From positions 480 through 64,479 of IMG/VR virus record IMGVR_UViG_3300028883_000049: DNA of 64,000 bases. One strand, given 5' to 3'. The notes under the pieces were generated by a model. That model saw only the letters and a list, made by a program, of their open reading frames with translations, searched no databases and was not told where the DNA came from. Of this stretch, positions 39,901-50,577 are shown piece by piece. The stretch comes from a virus. Its lineage: Duplodnaviria; Caudoviricetes. The stretch's first letter is position 1. The number at the start of each line of letters is the position of its first letter. Made by a program: the position numbers and the translations under genes.

Positions 39901-42900
39901 CCGATAGCCTGCTTCATCCGCTCCGGCATAAAGTCGCTCAACTTCTTGAACGGCAACCCTTTATTATCCGGCGTCATCTCGGCCATGAGTTTTTTGGCAG
40001 CGTCCATTTTGTCACGCAGCATGAACTTGGCGGTTATTTCAACATCATCGTCGCTGAAAATAACATAGTTGTAATCCCCTTCGCCTTTGCCCCGGCTGGT
40101 TCCGTCAAGGTATTTTATTCCACGGATACCGAGGGTGTGGAGGTATTTTGATGCAATTTGGTTATTACTGAACCCACCAATATCACCATAAGGGTCAAAG
40201 CCAGCAGTCTCTATCATTTTTTTCGCCCGCCCTGACGGGTTTCCTATTTCACGCGACACAAACCCATAAAAATCACTACCCCTGTGAGCATCGCTTATCG
40301 TCCCACCTGCAAATTCAGGGTGCCGCAAAAGCACGTCAGACACCTTCTTGCTTTGCTTACTCAGTAGTTCATCCCACAACAGATACTCCTCCTCTGAAGG
40401 CGCGAGTTCGACTTGGTAGAGGTTGCCCTTGCGTGGCTTTATGTCAAGATTTTTTGCAGCGCTAACCGCCGATTGATACATTTCTGCGTACTGTCCTGTC
40501 GGCATATCGTAATCACGAAGATACTTATCAACGGATTTCGCTTCAGCAATTCCAGCCGTTACATTTTCAGCAATAGCCCTCATTGACGAATGCCGCGTAA
40601 TATGTCCAGCCCTTTCCATCTCACGAACCATGTGCTCGACAACCATAAAGTGAGACATAAGGCCATCTGCTGTGTCCCACGCCGAATCAGAGAGAGCCTT
40701 TTTATAGTGCTCAGCCACCGCCCGGCTTGACGCAAAATATAAACCATACCCGTAAGCCTGTGCGCCTTCGCCTGTCCCGATATTGTCTGTGCTGAACCTG
40801 TCGAAGCTGTGCGGACTGCCATGGTACGCCGCCGAAAACTTCGCTCCGCTAAGGGTCTTAACCAGCATTTCTTCGGTAATTCCTTTTTCCTTCAATTTTT
40901 CCAGCAGCAGATTCCCGTCCACAGCAACCGCAGGACCGTCCTTCGACCAGGCTCCAACCTCGGCATAGGCCCGCGCTTTTTTCAGTAACAACGCCAGATC
41001 CGACTCGCCCAATTCGGCCAGAGCCATAAAGTTATTGCGCCGTAACCAATCCCGAATCATGCCAATAATTTCTTTGATCTTTGTGGCAATTTTGCCCTGG
41101 CTGTGCTCCATGGCCATATGCGCCAACAGCTCCTCCATCAGGGTCGCATGACGCACATCATCCGAATACCCGGCCTTGCGCAGAGCCTTAGCATAACGGT
41201 TCAACCTGAACCCGTACTTATTGCTGATCCGCAACATTTCACCCGGCTTCAACATGCCGTAAAGCTCGATCATTTTGGCCTGCAGCGCCTCTCCGTCCTG
41301 CCCCATCATGGCAAACAAGCCGCCGTGTCCGTGCCATTCGTGAAACAGCACCTCCTCCAGCATTTTTTCGCTGGTGATACGATCTTTAACGATGTAGACT
41401 TTCCCCCTATGGAATACGCCATGTATATCATTGGGGTTGCCGCCCTGCTTATTTATATCATCCTGAATCGCCGCCGGAAGATCGCTCGCCGTCGCCGCTA
41501 TCACGAATCGTTTCCGGTTTACACGCCCGGCAGTAATCCGAGCGAAAGCCGCATCGAATTCCACGTCAGAAAGAGTGACTGAAACACCTTTACTGACCTC
41601 GCCCCGTGAAAACATGGCGATCCCGGTGTCCGTCTCTTTTGTTTCGAATGTCGAAAACAGCTTTTCAAACGCCTTGTTCACCGCCTTGCGCTCTTCACCT
41701 TCAGGGTACGGCCTGAACAAGCCTTCAGGGTAAATCGGAACAGGAACAGCACCGTGCGCATGGTACGCCAGGAAGTCGTTCCCGGCTTTTTGGTCCGCCA
41801 GCTTGTCTTCCACATAGGCCGCAAACGCCCGTGCCGCCAACTCATGCGGAGTCGACCAGTAGCTGTCACCACGCCCCTGGTCGGCAGCAACCGCCTGGTT
41901 TCTGAATTCCGTCGGCACGTTTTTAACTTTCGGAGTTTCCTCGCGAGCCTCTTTCAGTTGATTAATCCGCTCGCGATAAATCCGCATAGGTCCGGCCAAT
42001 CGGCCAATCGTGTTGTCCCCGTTCTCGGAAAAGCCGCTGCGTCCGCGCACCGCCTTATAGATCGCGCTCATTTCATCCAAAACCGCGTTGGTCCGGCGAC
42101 CGGATACAGACCAGCGTGAGCGCTGTTTTTCATTCAACACAAATTCTGTTTCAAGCGCCGTATTCGATTCGCCGTTGATCAACATCTCAGCCAACTGGTC
42201 GAACCTCGCCAACTGTTCTTCGCTCGCCGGTTTATTTTTACGTTTGTAATATTTCGGGTCGAGCGGCTTGGCCAGGTAATCACGGATTGCCTTTAACCGG
42301 TCCGCCAGATCCTGTCTCGATCTGTCCACAAAGTCGTCGGCCCGCCGCGTATCCTCGACATAGGTTTCAGCCTTGTGTGTCATGGTTTTAATCAGATCCT
42401 TGTAGGCGTCCGCCAGCTCCTTCCTGGCCTTCGAACGATGTTCCGACAAAAACCCGTGCGACGCGAAAAGATAAGATCGATCCTGAGACGGATAAACCAG
42501 GTTGCCGCTTTTATTTTGCGTTTTTTCCGACTTCGCCTTGCTGTCCAGCCGCCCGACATAGTGATCCAGCGCATGGAACCACTCGTGCGCCAGGTGCCCG
42601 GCCCCGGCCATCTTGGTCAGGTTGATCACTGCGTATTGCGGTTCATAATGCGCTGCCGCACCAACAAGACCATGCCCCCGCGCCCCAAATGCCAGTGCCA
42701 ACTCGCCATTCAGCGACACCGCCGCAGGCGGGATCTCCAGAATATCGGCCATGTCCAGCAACGCGTCATAGGCGTGGTTCATCACCTGTTGTCGCTCCTC
42801 CTGATTATTCCAGTTGCCAAACTCTGTCGCCCTAAAACCGAACCGCTGCATAAAGTCTTCACCCGCAACGTCCCCTTTACGCCGCTCAACACCCGACCGA

Positions 42901-45900
42901 TAAACAACCTCCGGCCTTGGCAATATTTCCTCGCCGAAATTCAACTTCGTGGTCAGGATATTCTCGGCATTCACGGCCATAAAGCGCATGGCGTCGTCCC
43001 GACTGTCGAACTCTTCAGGGATCACGCGGACCCGCTTGCGGTCATTCACGTTACGATAAATCGTAAATTTTCCGTCGCCAACTGAATAAACTCGGTGTTT
43101 CTGAGCAGCAACCATCAACGGCAGAACTTCGTTCGCCTCCGCTTCGCTGTCGAAATACCTCCGCCCCATCGGGCTGGGACCACCCCACTTTGATTTTTTC
43201 CGCGTGTCGAAAAAGGCCCACTTGCCGTTGTTTTCGCTTTCCACCATCTGCCCGTTGCGACGCACCACTTCATTTTCGATCTGCACCAGGTGATAGCGCG
43301 AGCGCCAGCCCTTCGACTGCTTTTTAGCGGCGGACTTTTTGCCGGTTTTAACCGCCAGGTCCTTCCGCGCCCCGCCGATCTTTTCGCCTAGATCGTCGAT
43401 TTTCTGAATAGAGGGTTTTTTCTCAGTCCTCGAAGTAATAACCCTATCAATAAGAGTCTTTATTCTCGCCGTATCGGCCTTTTCAACCCCTCTTGCCTTT
43501 GCAACCATGCGAAGCTTCCAATTCGCCAATTCCTCAAGATCTTCACGACTCCATTCTTTTTCTTCTATTTCATAGGTAAACTGAGCGTTTTTTTTCAGCT
43601 TATCTTGAAGATCAGCAACGGCCCCCTCCAACGTCGTTCCAATACCATTGCTGCCAGAGACGTTAATCTTTTCAGTTGGCGAAACAATGAAATAGTCCGG
43701 CGCATTTTCAAGATAGGTGAAGGCCACGCCAGCGAATAAACCACTTTCAAGCTCATGCCACCCTTTTATTTTTGTCTTTGAGTTTTTTGACGGCCAATAG
43801 ATAACTCTTCCTTGCGCGTAATCTTCCTCTTGAATTAGATAATAATCATCCCCGCGAAAATCCGTGTTGATGTCTTTTTCAAATTCAGCAAAGGCATCGT
43901 CAAGACGCTTCCTGTCCCACTTACTACGACCCTTCTTGCCATCATGGTCAAAAAATACGGATATCCCGATTCCAGGCCTTTCGTGTCCATATTCCAACGC
44001 ATGTGCCATCTTCTTCAGGTTCATTAGTGCCCTCGGCGTATTCGATGGATTGGCCCCATCCTTAAACCCTCCAACGACAGGGATTCCGGCTGAGTCACTA
44101 TGGCGCTTAACCTCTTCATGTAGTTCGACAAGCTTTTCTTTAGCCTTTGTCTTCATGTTTTCAAGGCGGGAAACGTACTTCAGCTTGTTACTGACTACCC
44201 CTTCGCCCCTGCCCTCGCCACGCCCTTCAATTGCATTGCGCAGCGCTTCCTCCGCAGCTTCATCATTCAAATCCTGCCAATAATCGTCCTCAACCAAGGA
44301 ATCAATATCCTTTTCAGTCAGCCCGGCATTCACGGCCCGTTCGACCAGACCACGATCCAAGCGGTCGTATTTCCAGGCAATAGCATCAACAGGATGATCA
44401 ACGGCATTGTTGGCCATAAAGAACGAATAAGCAAAACCCTCTGGCGTCACGCTCCTGGCGTTTTTCGTTGCCAAAGACTTGCCGCCATATTTTTTATGCA
44501 TTTTCGAGCCCTCGGTCGGCTCAGTCGGGGAAACAGGCATATCCGCATTAAACCGCCCCCATAGCAGCGTCTTCTTTGTGTAGTCCTCACCTACGTGATT
44601 CGGGTCGAACGACAAACGCCAAGGCGGCAGCCCACCAAGCTTTTCAATCCTTCCAACCGGGTTTTCAATCGCCCAGATCGAAGGCTTGAAATGCTCAATC
44701 GTCGCCAGTGTCTGGTGAACCAGGGCAACAGATTTAGCTGTCCTCCCGTCAGAGTCCTTGGCCGCAAAGTGCCGCGCACCACTCACAGCAAAGTCGGTAC
44801 AGGGGCACGCAGCCAGAACAGCATGAACATGCTTGCCGTCGAAAGACGCGAACAGATCATTAAAGAACTGGGTAGAAAACTCATGAACATCACCAACATT
44901 CACATCTCGATGATTTCCGTCCTCGTCCAGCAGGGTGTTTTTCATCAAATCCTGAATGTCAAAACGATAAACATCATACCCCGCCTGCTCCCAAGGCAAT
45001 GACCACTCGCCGGACAAATCAAACAATGAAATAACAACCTTATCGCTGTTATCGTTTTTTCCCTTCTGTGACTCTTTACCCTGCTGAACGGCGTGATCTT
45101 CCCATGAACGGATTTTCTTCTCAGCATCCGCCCTGGTCATCCATCCGTGATCTTTAACATAAACCTTTACCTTGTCGTTCAGGCGAACAACCTCACTCTT
45201 TTTCGGCGGATCGAAGAGATGATGAACTTTAAAATCACCTTCGACCTGCTGCCGCTGATATTGATTAAACTCATCAACAATTTCAGAAAGCTCGCGATCA
45301 TCAACCCCCTCAGCTTGATGCTCAGGCGCGACAGACTTGTTCTTGTCCTCATCAAACAACGGACCTTCATCAACCTTCGCCTCATACCCCTCCAGAAACC
45401 GCTCCACATCCAGGCGATCTTTGGCGACGTAAACCTGATTCTCTTCTTTGTCGATAATCGGGTACGTTCCGTCCTTCTGCTTGCTGCGAACTTTCAACCC
45501 TTTACCTTTTGCGGTTTTTCGCAGTACCTGAATATGCTTCGGCTTTATTTGTTCCGCCTGAGAACTTCGACCTTCTTTTCCAGTCGCCTGATCATCTTCT
45601 GCCGAAACACCATCCTGTCCCGCTGTTTCCCCCTCGGCCACAGTTGCAGAATCAGCCACCACCTCAGCCTGTTCAGTAGAATTTTCATCCTTTGTCTTTT
45701 TTCTGCCCTCAATGACGGAGTCAATCAGCTGTTGATCGATAGGTTTTTTCCAGCCATATTCGTTCTGACGTCCATCTGAAAGAGTTGCGATCAAATCAAA
45801 AACCCGATCCCTGGTCTCATCAACAGGGATTCCGTGTTCAGTTTCTAATTTTTTCGTTATACGCTCGGTAAGATTTTCTTGAGCGTTATTAAGCGCCTCT

Positions 45901-48197
45901 TCTGAAAAATACAGGGCCGCCTGCGCCTCGCTCTCCAGGTCGCGAATCCCGTCATCAATCGCTTTTTTTCTTTCGCGAGCCTTAGCCGACCTGTCCCCCT
46001 TCAGACCATCCCTTTCTTTCCGCAACTGATCAATAGATGGCCTGTTCTTCTCAACAACAGCCTCATGTCCTGACAGAAGATCACCCCACACATCATTGAT
46101 TTTTTGTGGAGTGATCCCGTCTGGAAAAACATATCCCTGAAAATCACCATCAAGGACGATTTTTTTGACATAATCAGGAAGCTTCGCTATTTCTTCGGAC
46201 AACTCCCGCTCTTCGCTCGCGGTCCCGTCCCGTTCCTCGGTCCCTGCCTCTGTCCTTTGCCCTTCTGGTTGCTTTGACTCTTCGCCATCGTTGACCTCCT
46301 GTTGATAGGTTAATGCCCCTTTTTTCGGAGCGTCCGACTTTGCCCACTGCTTGAACTCGTCAACCGGCATGGCCGTTACCGCACCGGCCCCGTCCCAGCC
46401 CTCCTCATAGTTAGACAGGTAAATCTGTAAAGCGTCGGCTTCACCCTGCGCCCCGATCACGGCCTTATGTTCATCGAATGAACCGTCCTTGTTCTTCTGA
46501 TCAATCACATAAACCGTGTCGGCAGTTTCCGCCTGCGGTCCCAGGAAGATATCGAGATGATCTTTATCGAAACCAACGGTCCCTTTAATGTAGCCGTAAT
46601 GATGAGCAATCGGCGTTTCCCACGCCTTGCCGTCTTCGTCCACACCCTTGCGGAAAGAACCGGCTGGATTCTCGATACTGATATCAAGCCCCTGCAGTAC
46701 CACATGCCCTTTCTTGTAGTTTCCCGCTTCTTTCTGTGCCGCGCTCGGCTCAGGCACGTCATTCGCAGGCGATGTCGCTGCGTCGTGCGCCTTAAAATCA
46801 ACTTCTCCTAACCCTGCCCCCTCATCTTCGCCCCACACTGGTGGCACTTCTTGCGCGACGACTGTTTCTTGCCGCATTTCGGGCAAATCGCCATAAATAT
46901 CCTCCATTGGCTGCTGATCCGGCTCAACGTCCGACAATCCCTCATCGTTTCGTATGCCAAAACTATCATTTAAGACTGATTCCTGGGTCCCTTCGATACC
47001 AACATCCTGCTGAATCGGCCCTTCTTCGGTCGCTGGCGCTTGCGGAGCCATACCCACCGCTTTTTCCAGTGGCCCCTTTGGTTTTTCCGGCTTCACCTGT
47101 TGCGGAGCCATGCCGCCGACAGGCTCCCCTTCTGTCGGTTCTACAGTCTCCGGCGTGCGTGGCTTAGAAACCACAGCCGTCGGCACAGCGCCCATACTGC
47201 CACCCACTGCACCAGCCCCGGCAGACTCTCCCATTCGCGCCAGGTTCTCAGCCGTGAACATTTTATAATTCGGATCGTTCAGCTTCAGGTTCACCAGCGA
47301 CAGGAACTCCTGCCCCATTTCCTGCCCCGCCTCCTGCGGAGATTGCAGCGCCGCTTCCTTGGCGATTCGCGCCACCAGGTTTCCATCACCCTTCTTCAGT
47401 GCCCGCCTGAACACTTTGCCGGTTTCGGCCCCCAGCGCCTTGTCGATAAAACGCACGTTACCACCGGCCAGTTCCAGCAGCGCCGCAGCAAAACCGGTTC
47501 CCAGAGCTGCCGTCACACTGGCATCTTCAACCCCGTACTCATCAACCCCCTCACCAAAATTTCCACCCGCCTCCATCTGCCAGGTCGCACCGACTGCGCC
47601 CGCCTTAGCCCCGAACGATTTCAACAGCTTTCCGGTCGCTACCTTCTGCGCTGTTTTCTTTTCGATCCCGCGCTTGACCAGATCGTTGGTTAATTTCTTG
47701 ATCCCCTTTTTCAGGATCGTCCTGCCCAATAAACCGCCCGTAGCTGTCCCAGCTCCAGGCATCGCTATCGAACCGACAATCGCCCCGCCTATGGCTTCGG
47801 CCATTGACGGCAACAGGTTTCCTGCGGTATACGCTACCCACCCCAACGGATCTGACTTGAACCCCGGCTTTTCATACAGCGACGCCTCGCGCTGATTCTT
47901 TTCATAAAGGTCAAGCCCCCAGTCACGCAACGAATCAAATCCCGTAGCCTCGCCTGCCAAGGCCATGGCTCCGCCACCCATCGCCTGCATGGTGTCAATA
48001 CCACCCAACAACCCACGCGTCGCGTCGCTGTATTTTTCGCTGTTTTCAATCCGAGCCTGTTCATCTTTTTCGGCCAGGCGACGGTCGGCAACCTGCGAAG
48101 CCGCCGCTATCGGGTCTTCAGATAACGGCGGTTCGATTTCGGCTTGGGATTGTTCTGGTGAAAGGTATTTAAGAAAATCGGCGGCATAATTCGGCAT
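36984..48197 (-). CDS. Giant polyvalent internal virion (ejection) protein, 3737 aa
   Basis: PPase-like (NYKKGH...YGYIKGT.G.D.DH.D), C5-MTase-like (CPCTDF, IENPV), LPD1-like (EFGNW, HEWFHALD, E..ARAF), HEWHGH zincin, ART-like YHGS...GLYF; tail-module position. Confidence 0.85.
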   Translation of the reverse strand: MPNYAADFLKYLSPEQSQAEIEPPLSEDPIAAASQVADRRLAEKDEQARIENSEKYSDATRGLLGGIDTMQAMGGGAMALAGEATGFDSLRDWGLDLYEKNQREASLYEKPGFKSDPLGWVAYTAGNLLPSMAEAIGGAIVGSIAMPGAGTATGGLLGRTILKKGIKKLTNDLVKRGIEKKTAQKVATGKLLKSFGAKAGAVGATWQMEAGGNFGEGVDEYGVEDASVTAALGTGFAAALLELAGGNVRFIDKALGAETGKVFRRALKKGDGNLVARIAKEAALQSPQEAGQEMGQEFLSLVNLKLNDPNYKMFTAENLARMGESAGAGAVGGSMGAVPTAVVSKPRTPETVEPTEGEPVGGMAPQQVKPEKPKGPLEKAVGMAPQAPATEEGPIQQDVGIEGTQESVLNDSFGIRNDEGLSDVEPDQQPMEDIYGDLPEMRQETVVAQEVPPVWGEDEGAGLGEVDFKAHDAATSPANDVPEPSAAQKEAGNYKKGHVVLQGLDISIENPAGSFRKGVDEDGKAWETPIAHHYGYIKGTVGFDKDHLDIFLGPQAETADTVYVIDQKNKDGSFDEHKAVIGAQGEADALQIYLSNYEEGWDGAGAVTAMPVDEFKQWAKSDAPKKGALTYQQEVNDGEESKQPEGQRTEAGTEERDGTASEERELSEEIAKLPDYVKKIVLDGDFQGYVFPDGITPQKINDVWGDLLSGHEAVVEKNRPSIDQLRKERDGLKGDRSAKARERKKAIDDGIRDLESEAQAALYFSEEALNNAQENLTERITKKLETEHGIPVDETRDRVFDLIATLSDGRQNEYGWKKPIDQQLIDSVIEGRKKTKDENSTEQAEVVADSATVAEGETAGQDGVSAEDDQATGKEGRSSQAEQIKPKHIQVLRKTAKGKGLKVRSKQKDGTYPIIDKEENQVYVAKDRLDVERFLEGYEAKVDEGPLFDEDKNKSVAPEHQAEGVDDRELSEIVDEFNQYQRQQVEGDFKVHHLFDPPKKSEVVRLNDKVKVYVKDHGWMTRADAEKKIRSWEDHAVQQGKESQKGKNDNSDKVVISLFDLSGEWSLPWEQAGYDVYRFDIQDLMKNTLLDEDGNHRDVNVGDVHEFSTQFFNDLFASFDGKHVHAVLAACPCTDFAVSGARHFAAKDSDGRTAKSVALVHQTLATIEHFKPSIWAIENPVGRIEKLGGLPPWRLSFDPNHVGEDYTKKTLLWGRFNADMPVSPTEPTEGSKMHKKYGGKSLATKNARSVTPEGFAYSFFMANNAVDHPVDAIAWKYDRLDRGLVERAVNAGLTEKDIDSLVEDDYWQDLNDEAAEEALRNAIEGRGEGRGEGVVSNKLKYVSRLENMKTKAKEKLVELHEEVKRHSDSAGIPVVGGFKDGANPSNTPRALMNLKKMAHALEYGHERPGIGISVFFDHDGKKGRSKWDRKRLDDAFAEFEKDINTDFRGDDYYLIQEEDYAQGRVIYWPSKNSKTKIKGWHELESGLFAGVAFTYLENAPDYFIVSPTEKINVSGSNGIGTTLEGAVADLQDKLKKNAQFTYEIEEKEWSREDLEELANWKLRMVAKARGVEKADTARIKTLIDRVITSRTEKKPSIQKIDDLGEKIGGARKDLAVKTGKKSAAKKQSKGWRSRYHLVQIENEVVRRNGQMVESENNGKWAFFDTRKKSKWGGPSPMGRRYFDSEAEANEVLPLMVAAQKHRVYSVGDGKFTIYRNVNDRKRVRVIPEEFDSRDDAMRFMAVNAENILTTKLNFGEEILPRPEVVYRSGVERRKGDVAGEDFMQRFGFRATEFGNWNNQEERQQVMNHAYDALLDMADILEIPPAAVSLNGELALAFGARGHGLVGAAAHYEPQYAVINLTKMAGAGHLAHEWFHALDHYVGRLDSKAKSEKTQNKSGNLVYPSQDRSYLFASHGFLSEHRSKARKELADAYKDLIKTMTHKAETYVEDTRRADDFVDRSRQDLADRLKAIRDYLAKPLDPKYYKRKNKPASEEQLARFDQLAEMLINGESNTALETEFVLNEKQRSRWSVSGRRTNAVLDEMSAIYKAVRGRSGFSENGDNTIGRLAGPMRIYRERINQLKEAREETPKVKNVPTEFRNQAVAADQGRGDSYWSTPHELAARAFAAYVEDKLADQKAGNDFLAYHAHGAVPVPIYPEGLFRPYPEGEERKAVNKAFEKLFSTFETKETDTGIAMFSRGEVSKGVSVTLSDVEFDAAFARITAGRVNRKRFVIAATASDLPAAIQDDINKQGGNPNDIHGVFHRGKVYIVKDRITSEKMLEEVLFHEWHGHGGLFAMMGQDGEALQAKMIELYGMLKPGEMLRISNKYGFRLNRYAKALRKAGYSDDVRHATLMEELLAHMAMEHSQGKIATKIKEIIGMIRDWLRRNNFMALAELGESDLALLLKKARAYAEVGAWSKDGPAVAVDGNLLLEKLKEKGITEEMLVKTLSGAKFSAAYHGSPHSFDRFSTDNIGTGEGAQAYGYGLYFASSRAVAEHYKKALSDSAWDTADGLMSHFMVVEHMVREMERAGHITRHSSMRAIAENVTAGIAEAKSVDKYLRDYDMPTGQYAEMYQSAVSAAKNLDIKPRKGNLYQVELAPSEEEYLLWDELLSKQSKKVSDVLLRHPEFAGGTISDAHRGSDFYGFVSREIGNPSGRAKKMIETAGFDPYGDIGGFSNNQIASKYLHTLGIRGIKYLDGTSRGKGEGDYNYVIFSDDDVEITAKFMLRDKMDAAKKLMAEMTPDNKGLPFKKLSDFMPERMKQAIGGVLSNPHYGSRKSKWRTQAYELALERGARGNEIKYEVMAAKPEEGYAGLEGVRDFWHTAKKEEREQFDKLMVEGDINETVYSPEQLSGSKNPLGKPVPKKVQDAYFAARQTLEHASEEMFDRLGRLRLVPYEGTEYYDELVRLLDEKPTKAALAKKFNLNIHAVRAYRRIMKSRSDVEGVLGKFRREPSFDTLVEDIMAGRTKVEIQKNHSMKDNWYMNLYDEARVAVDAANIDIVTAANFRSQKYFKTLKDILARGEDHPMLEKEELYNAYLGVQEYDSELAKLRSQWGKVKGYMPRIRKDGEQHVKVYQVDDDGTFTEVWMQPAKTKGGANILRGRVEKNLKDYIPHSFDSDAVYEVVVEPNRATPEEIFLGIGSHRAIEGLLSKAFDKATDAGVIEDGLSVQRQVLRILADEISARGFGRHRLNRANHLIEGYETENVPGIMAQFVGGMAGWLSKSEFAMRSNRLMGQIPADRPNDKVWVREYVDDALKNSTYIDQWFGTARSFAALMYLGFKASSAMLNATQNYVWGQAKLSSYTKRATRRLLAAQRDVIKDHLLMKAGKEGVLTEEERWVLDEGLRRGRSHANYVRAMSGLDDNGGVLGKGQSGLRWLTEKAMIPFQAVETYWNREPALLAAYRVFKAKGMTKEQALKKAERFVDDVHFVIGKENVPAMLRKMGPLGRTLYTFQSYTHNYLLGMLTSLTRGEFGVVMRSLTALMLFGGLAAMPFGDDLDKWYRRMFGERPLRMLERWLRETGNQYVDFGDQVADFVLHGAPALGGVNFSRAIGVNIPWLSPDDESLAERVTGVWGGMAQKVRYASNAAAKGDAYRAVEQLSPEAMANIMRAYRLYADGTETMSGRPIFGSDGRQQHYTPKEAIIRSFGFMPLKPSKETEKRWDARRAKQYWQDRKADLLARYRASDKRMDVLRDIVKFNRKILKSPSGILVSPITSQTLRRALRAKPNRRELVYNR

Positions 48198-48208
48198 AAC
48201 GGCTCCAC

Positions 48209-50311
48209 CTACTGTTGAGATTTAACGATTTCGTTTTTAATCGCGTCCGCTCCCTGCGGGTTTACCTGGGCATACTCCTGCAGCGCTTCCGGCTTTTTCT
48301 CCGCACCAGCGGTTCCATAACGGCTCTTGGCCCAATCCTGAAACGCCTTGAACACCTGACCAATATCAGATTTCAGCGCCTGCGCCGGGTTCACCACAAA
48401 ATAATCGGCAATCTGGTTCAGCCCGCTCATAACGAACTGATAAGGTACGCCCAGAATCTTGGCCCCGGTTTCATTCACCGCCGCGTTATAGTCCGCATCC
48501 GATACCGGCTTACCACCGATCATGCGTGGCTGCTTCGGCACACTGAACGCAGGTGCGGCCATCCCCCCTCCAGCACGTTCAGAACTCCCCGCTTGTGATT
48601 GCATCCCACCGGACTGCTCCCGTTTTCCTTGCGCCCGCTGTTCCAGCAATCTGAACAGCTCCGGATTCTCACCGGCAACCTGCTTCACCGCCTCGGCCCG
48701 CGCCGCCTCGTCCTTGATCGACGCCAGGTAGTTTTCCAACTGAGCCGCCCCTTCCTCGGTCGCCGGAACCACCGCAAAGGTCTCGTCGCCACCTCCGACT
48801 GAAGGTTCAGCTTGCCCACCACGGGCATGACCACTCTCAACCTGAACGTGCTTGCCGCTGTACGTGTACCACTGCTCAGGGTCTTTCCGGCTGATATAAC
48901 GCTCGGTATTGGCAATCTGGCCGTCCAGGGTTTTCAAAGCCTTTTCAATGTTGCTCTGATCAAGAACCTCGCCTGTCAGAGGATCGAAGCCCTTCTCAAC
49001 CGAAGCACGGCTTTTGTATAGCCCGTCAAGCTTTGTCGTCCACTGGCGGAATTCATCTTCGCCCATTGTTCCGCTGCCACCGCCACCACCGGACGCCCCA
49101 CCGGCCTTGCCTGCCTTCACCCACTGCGGAACCTGGGCAACTTTCTTCCCGCTCTTTTTATCAAACGCCACATGGTACGGTTTGCCACCAATATCCACAT
49201 TGTCACGCCAAACAAGCTCACGATCAGCACCCTTACGCTTTTTGATAAGCAGTTCAGCCGCATTTTTAATATTCCCTCCGGCTTCGGCAACAGCTTCCAG
49301 CTTTTTCTTTTCGTCCGCGTTAAAACCAACCAGATCACTCAACGCACCGGCCTGTTTCGTCCCTTCAAGACGTTTGCGCTGTTCTTCGCGCAAGCGCTCA
49401 GCGTTCTCCCAATAACGGTCCAGCACCTTCTGCGCTGTAGCATCATCCATCCCGGCCAAGGACGCCAGAACAGCCTTTGAGGCCCGTTCGGCGAAATCAG
49501 TCTGGGCATACAGATCACCAATCCGCGCTGTCGACACCACGTCGTTCGGGTCGTTGCTGCGCCTATTGCTCATCGGCGCACGATAGCGCTCACCCGTTTC
49601 CGGGTTCACCCCTTCCAGCAACACCACCACCCGTGCATCCTGGATCTTGTCAACTCCGGTCCCGTCAATTAAAAATTCAACCGGGCGTCCCTGCCCATCC
49701 TTGAAAACCTGACTGCTCCCGCTCACCGCAGGAAACACCCGGCTGAAGCGGGCGAACAGCTCAGGGTCCAGATCTTCACTGATCCGCGTGCGCTGACCCA
49801 GCAGCTTCCCACCCATCTGCTCCGACAACCCGACAATACTGTTTTTCAACGCTGGCGCGATCTGCGCCTGCTCCTTCAGCTCGCCAACAGTCTGCGGAAG
49901 AATCCCAACCGCCCGCAAAGCGCCGCCCGCTTCCCACATCTTCGGCTTGACTTCCTCAGGAACGATATCGCCTTTGGCCACCCGGTCGAACCAGGGCCAC
50001 AGCTGGCGCATCACCTCGTCCTGTTTCTGCTCGTCGAACGCCTCGTCAAAACTCACATGAGCTGCCGGATCAAGCTTCGCAACATCCTCAGTCGTATAAG
50101 TTCCGCCGTCCAGTCGCGCCAGGGTCGAAGCAGCGCTACGCTTTTCAGCTGCCACCTGGTCCGCTTCGCGATCTTTCCGCTCAGCCCGCTTATAAGCGTT
50201 CATACGCATATCGAACAATTGGTCCTGCTGTTTGTCCGCGTTCACTCCGCGCCGAAAATCGCGCATCGTGTTCAAGCTGCGAAAAAATGTCCCTGCCGGG
50301 TTAAATTGCAT
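48209..50311 (-). CDS. Internal virion (ejection) protein
   Basis: 700 aa helical protein upstream of the giant gene. Confidence 0.6.
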   Translation of the reverse strand: MQFNPAGTFFRSLNTMRDFRRGVNADKQQDQLFDMRMNAYKRAERKDREADQVAAEKRSAASTLARLDGGTYTTEDVAKLDPAAHVSFDEAFDEQKQDEVMRQLWPWFDRVAKGDIVPEEVKPKMWEAGGALRAVGILPQTVGELKEQAQIAPALKNSIVGLSEQMGGKLLGQRTRISEDLDPELFARFSRVFPAVSGSSQVFKDGQGRPVEFLIDGTGVDKIQDARVVVLLEGVNPETGERYRAPMSNRRSNDPNDVVSTARIGDLYAQTDFAERASKAVLASLAGMDDATAQKVLDRYWENAERLREEQRKRLEGTKQAGALSDLVGFNADEKKKLEAVAEAGGNIKNAAELLIKKRKGADRELVWRDNVDIGGKPYHVAFDKKSGKKVAQVPQWVKAGKAGGASGGGGGSGTMGEDEFRQWTTKLDGLYKSRASVEKGFDPLTGEVLDQSNIEKALKTLDGQIANTERYISRKDPEQWYTYSGKHVQVESGHARGGQAEPSVGGGDETFAVVPATEEGAAQLENYLASIKDEAARAEAVKQVAGENPELFRLLEQRAQGKREQSGGMQSQAGSSERAGGGMAAPAFSVPKQPRMIGGKPVSDADYNAAVNETGAKILGVPYQFVMSGLNQIADYFVVNPAQALKSDIGQVFKAFQDWAKSRYGTAGAEKKPEALQEYAQVNPQGADAIKNEIVKSQQ

Positions 50312-50321
50312 TGTCGCCTCC

Positions 50322-50576
50322 CTAGCTTGCCAGCCCGAAACCAGCCAGTCCGCCGAGAATCCCGGCGGTCACAATCCCCACAGGTCCAGCCCCGGCCATA
50401 AATGCTATCCCGGCACCTACGCCCGCACCACCCACGCCGGAGGTGACTTGCGCCTGTTTCTGCTGCATATCCAAAGTGTCTTCCGCGTTTTCACGGGCCT
50501 CATCAAGATCAGACGCCCTTTTCAACCCGCGCATCGCCGAACTGCGCTGCCCCATTGCCATGCCCGCAACACTCAT
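50322..50576 (-). CDS. Small Gly/Ala-rich virion protein with hydrophobic C-terminus
   Basis: GAGVGAGIAFMAGAGPVG. Confidence 0.6.
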   Translation of the reverse strand: MSVAGMAMGQRSSAMRGLKRASDLDEARENAEDTLDMQQKQAQVTSGVGGAGVGAGIAFMAGAGPVGIVTAGILGGLAGFGLAS

Positions 50577-50577
50577 A

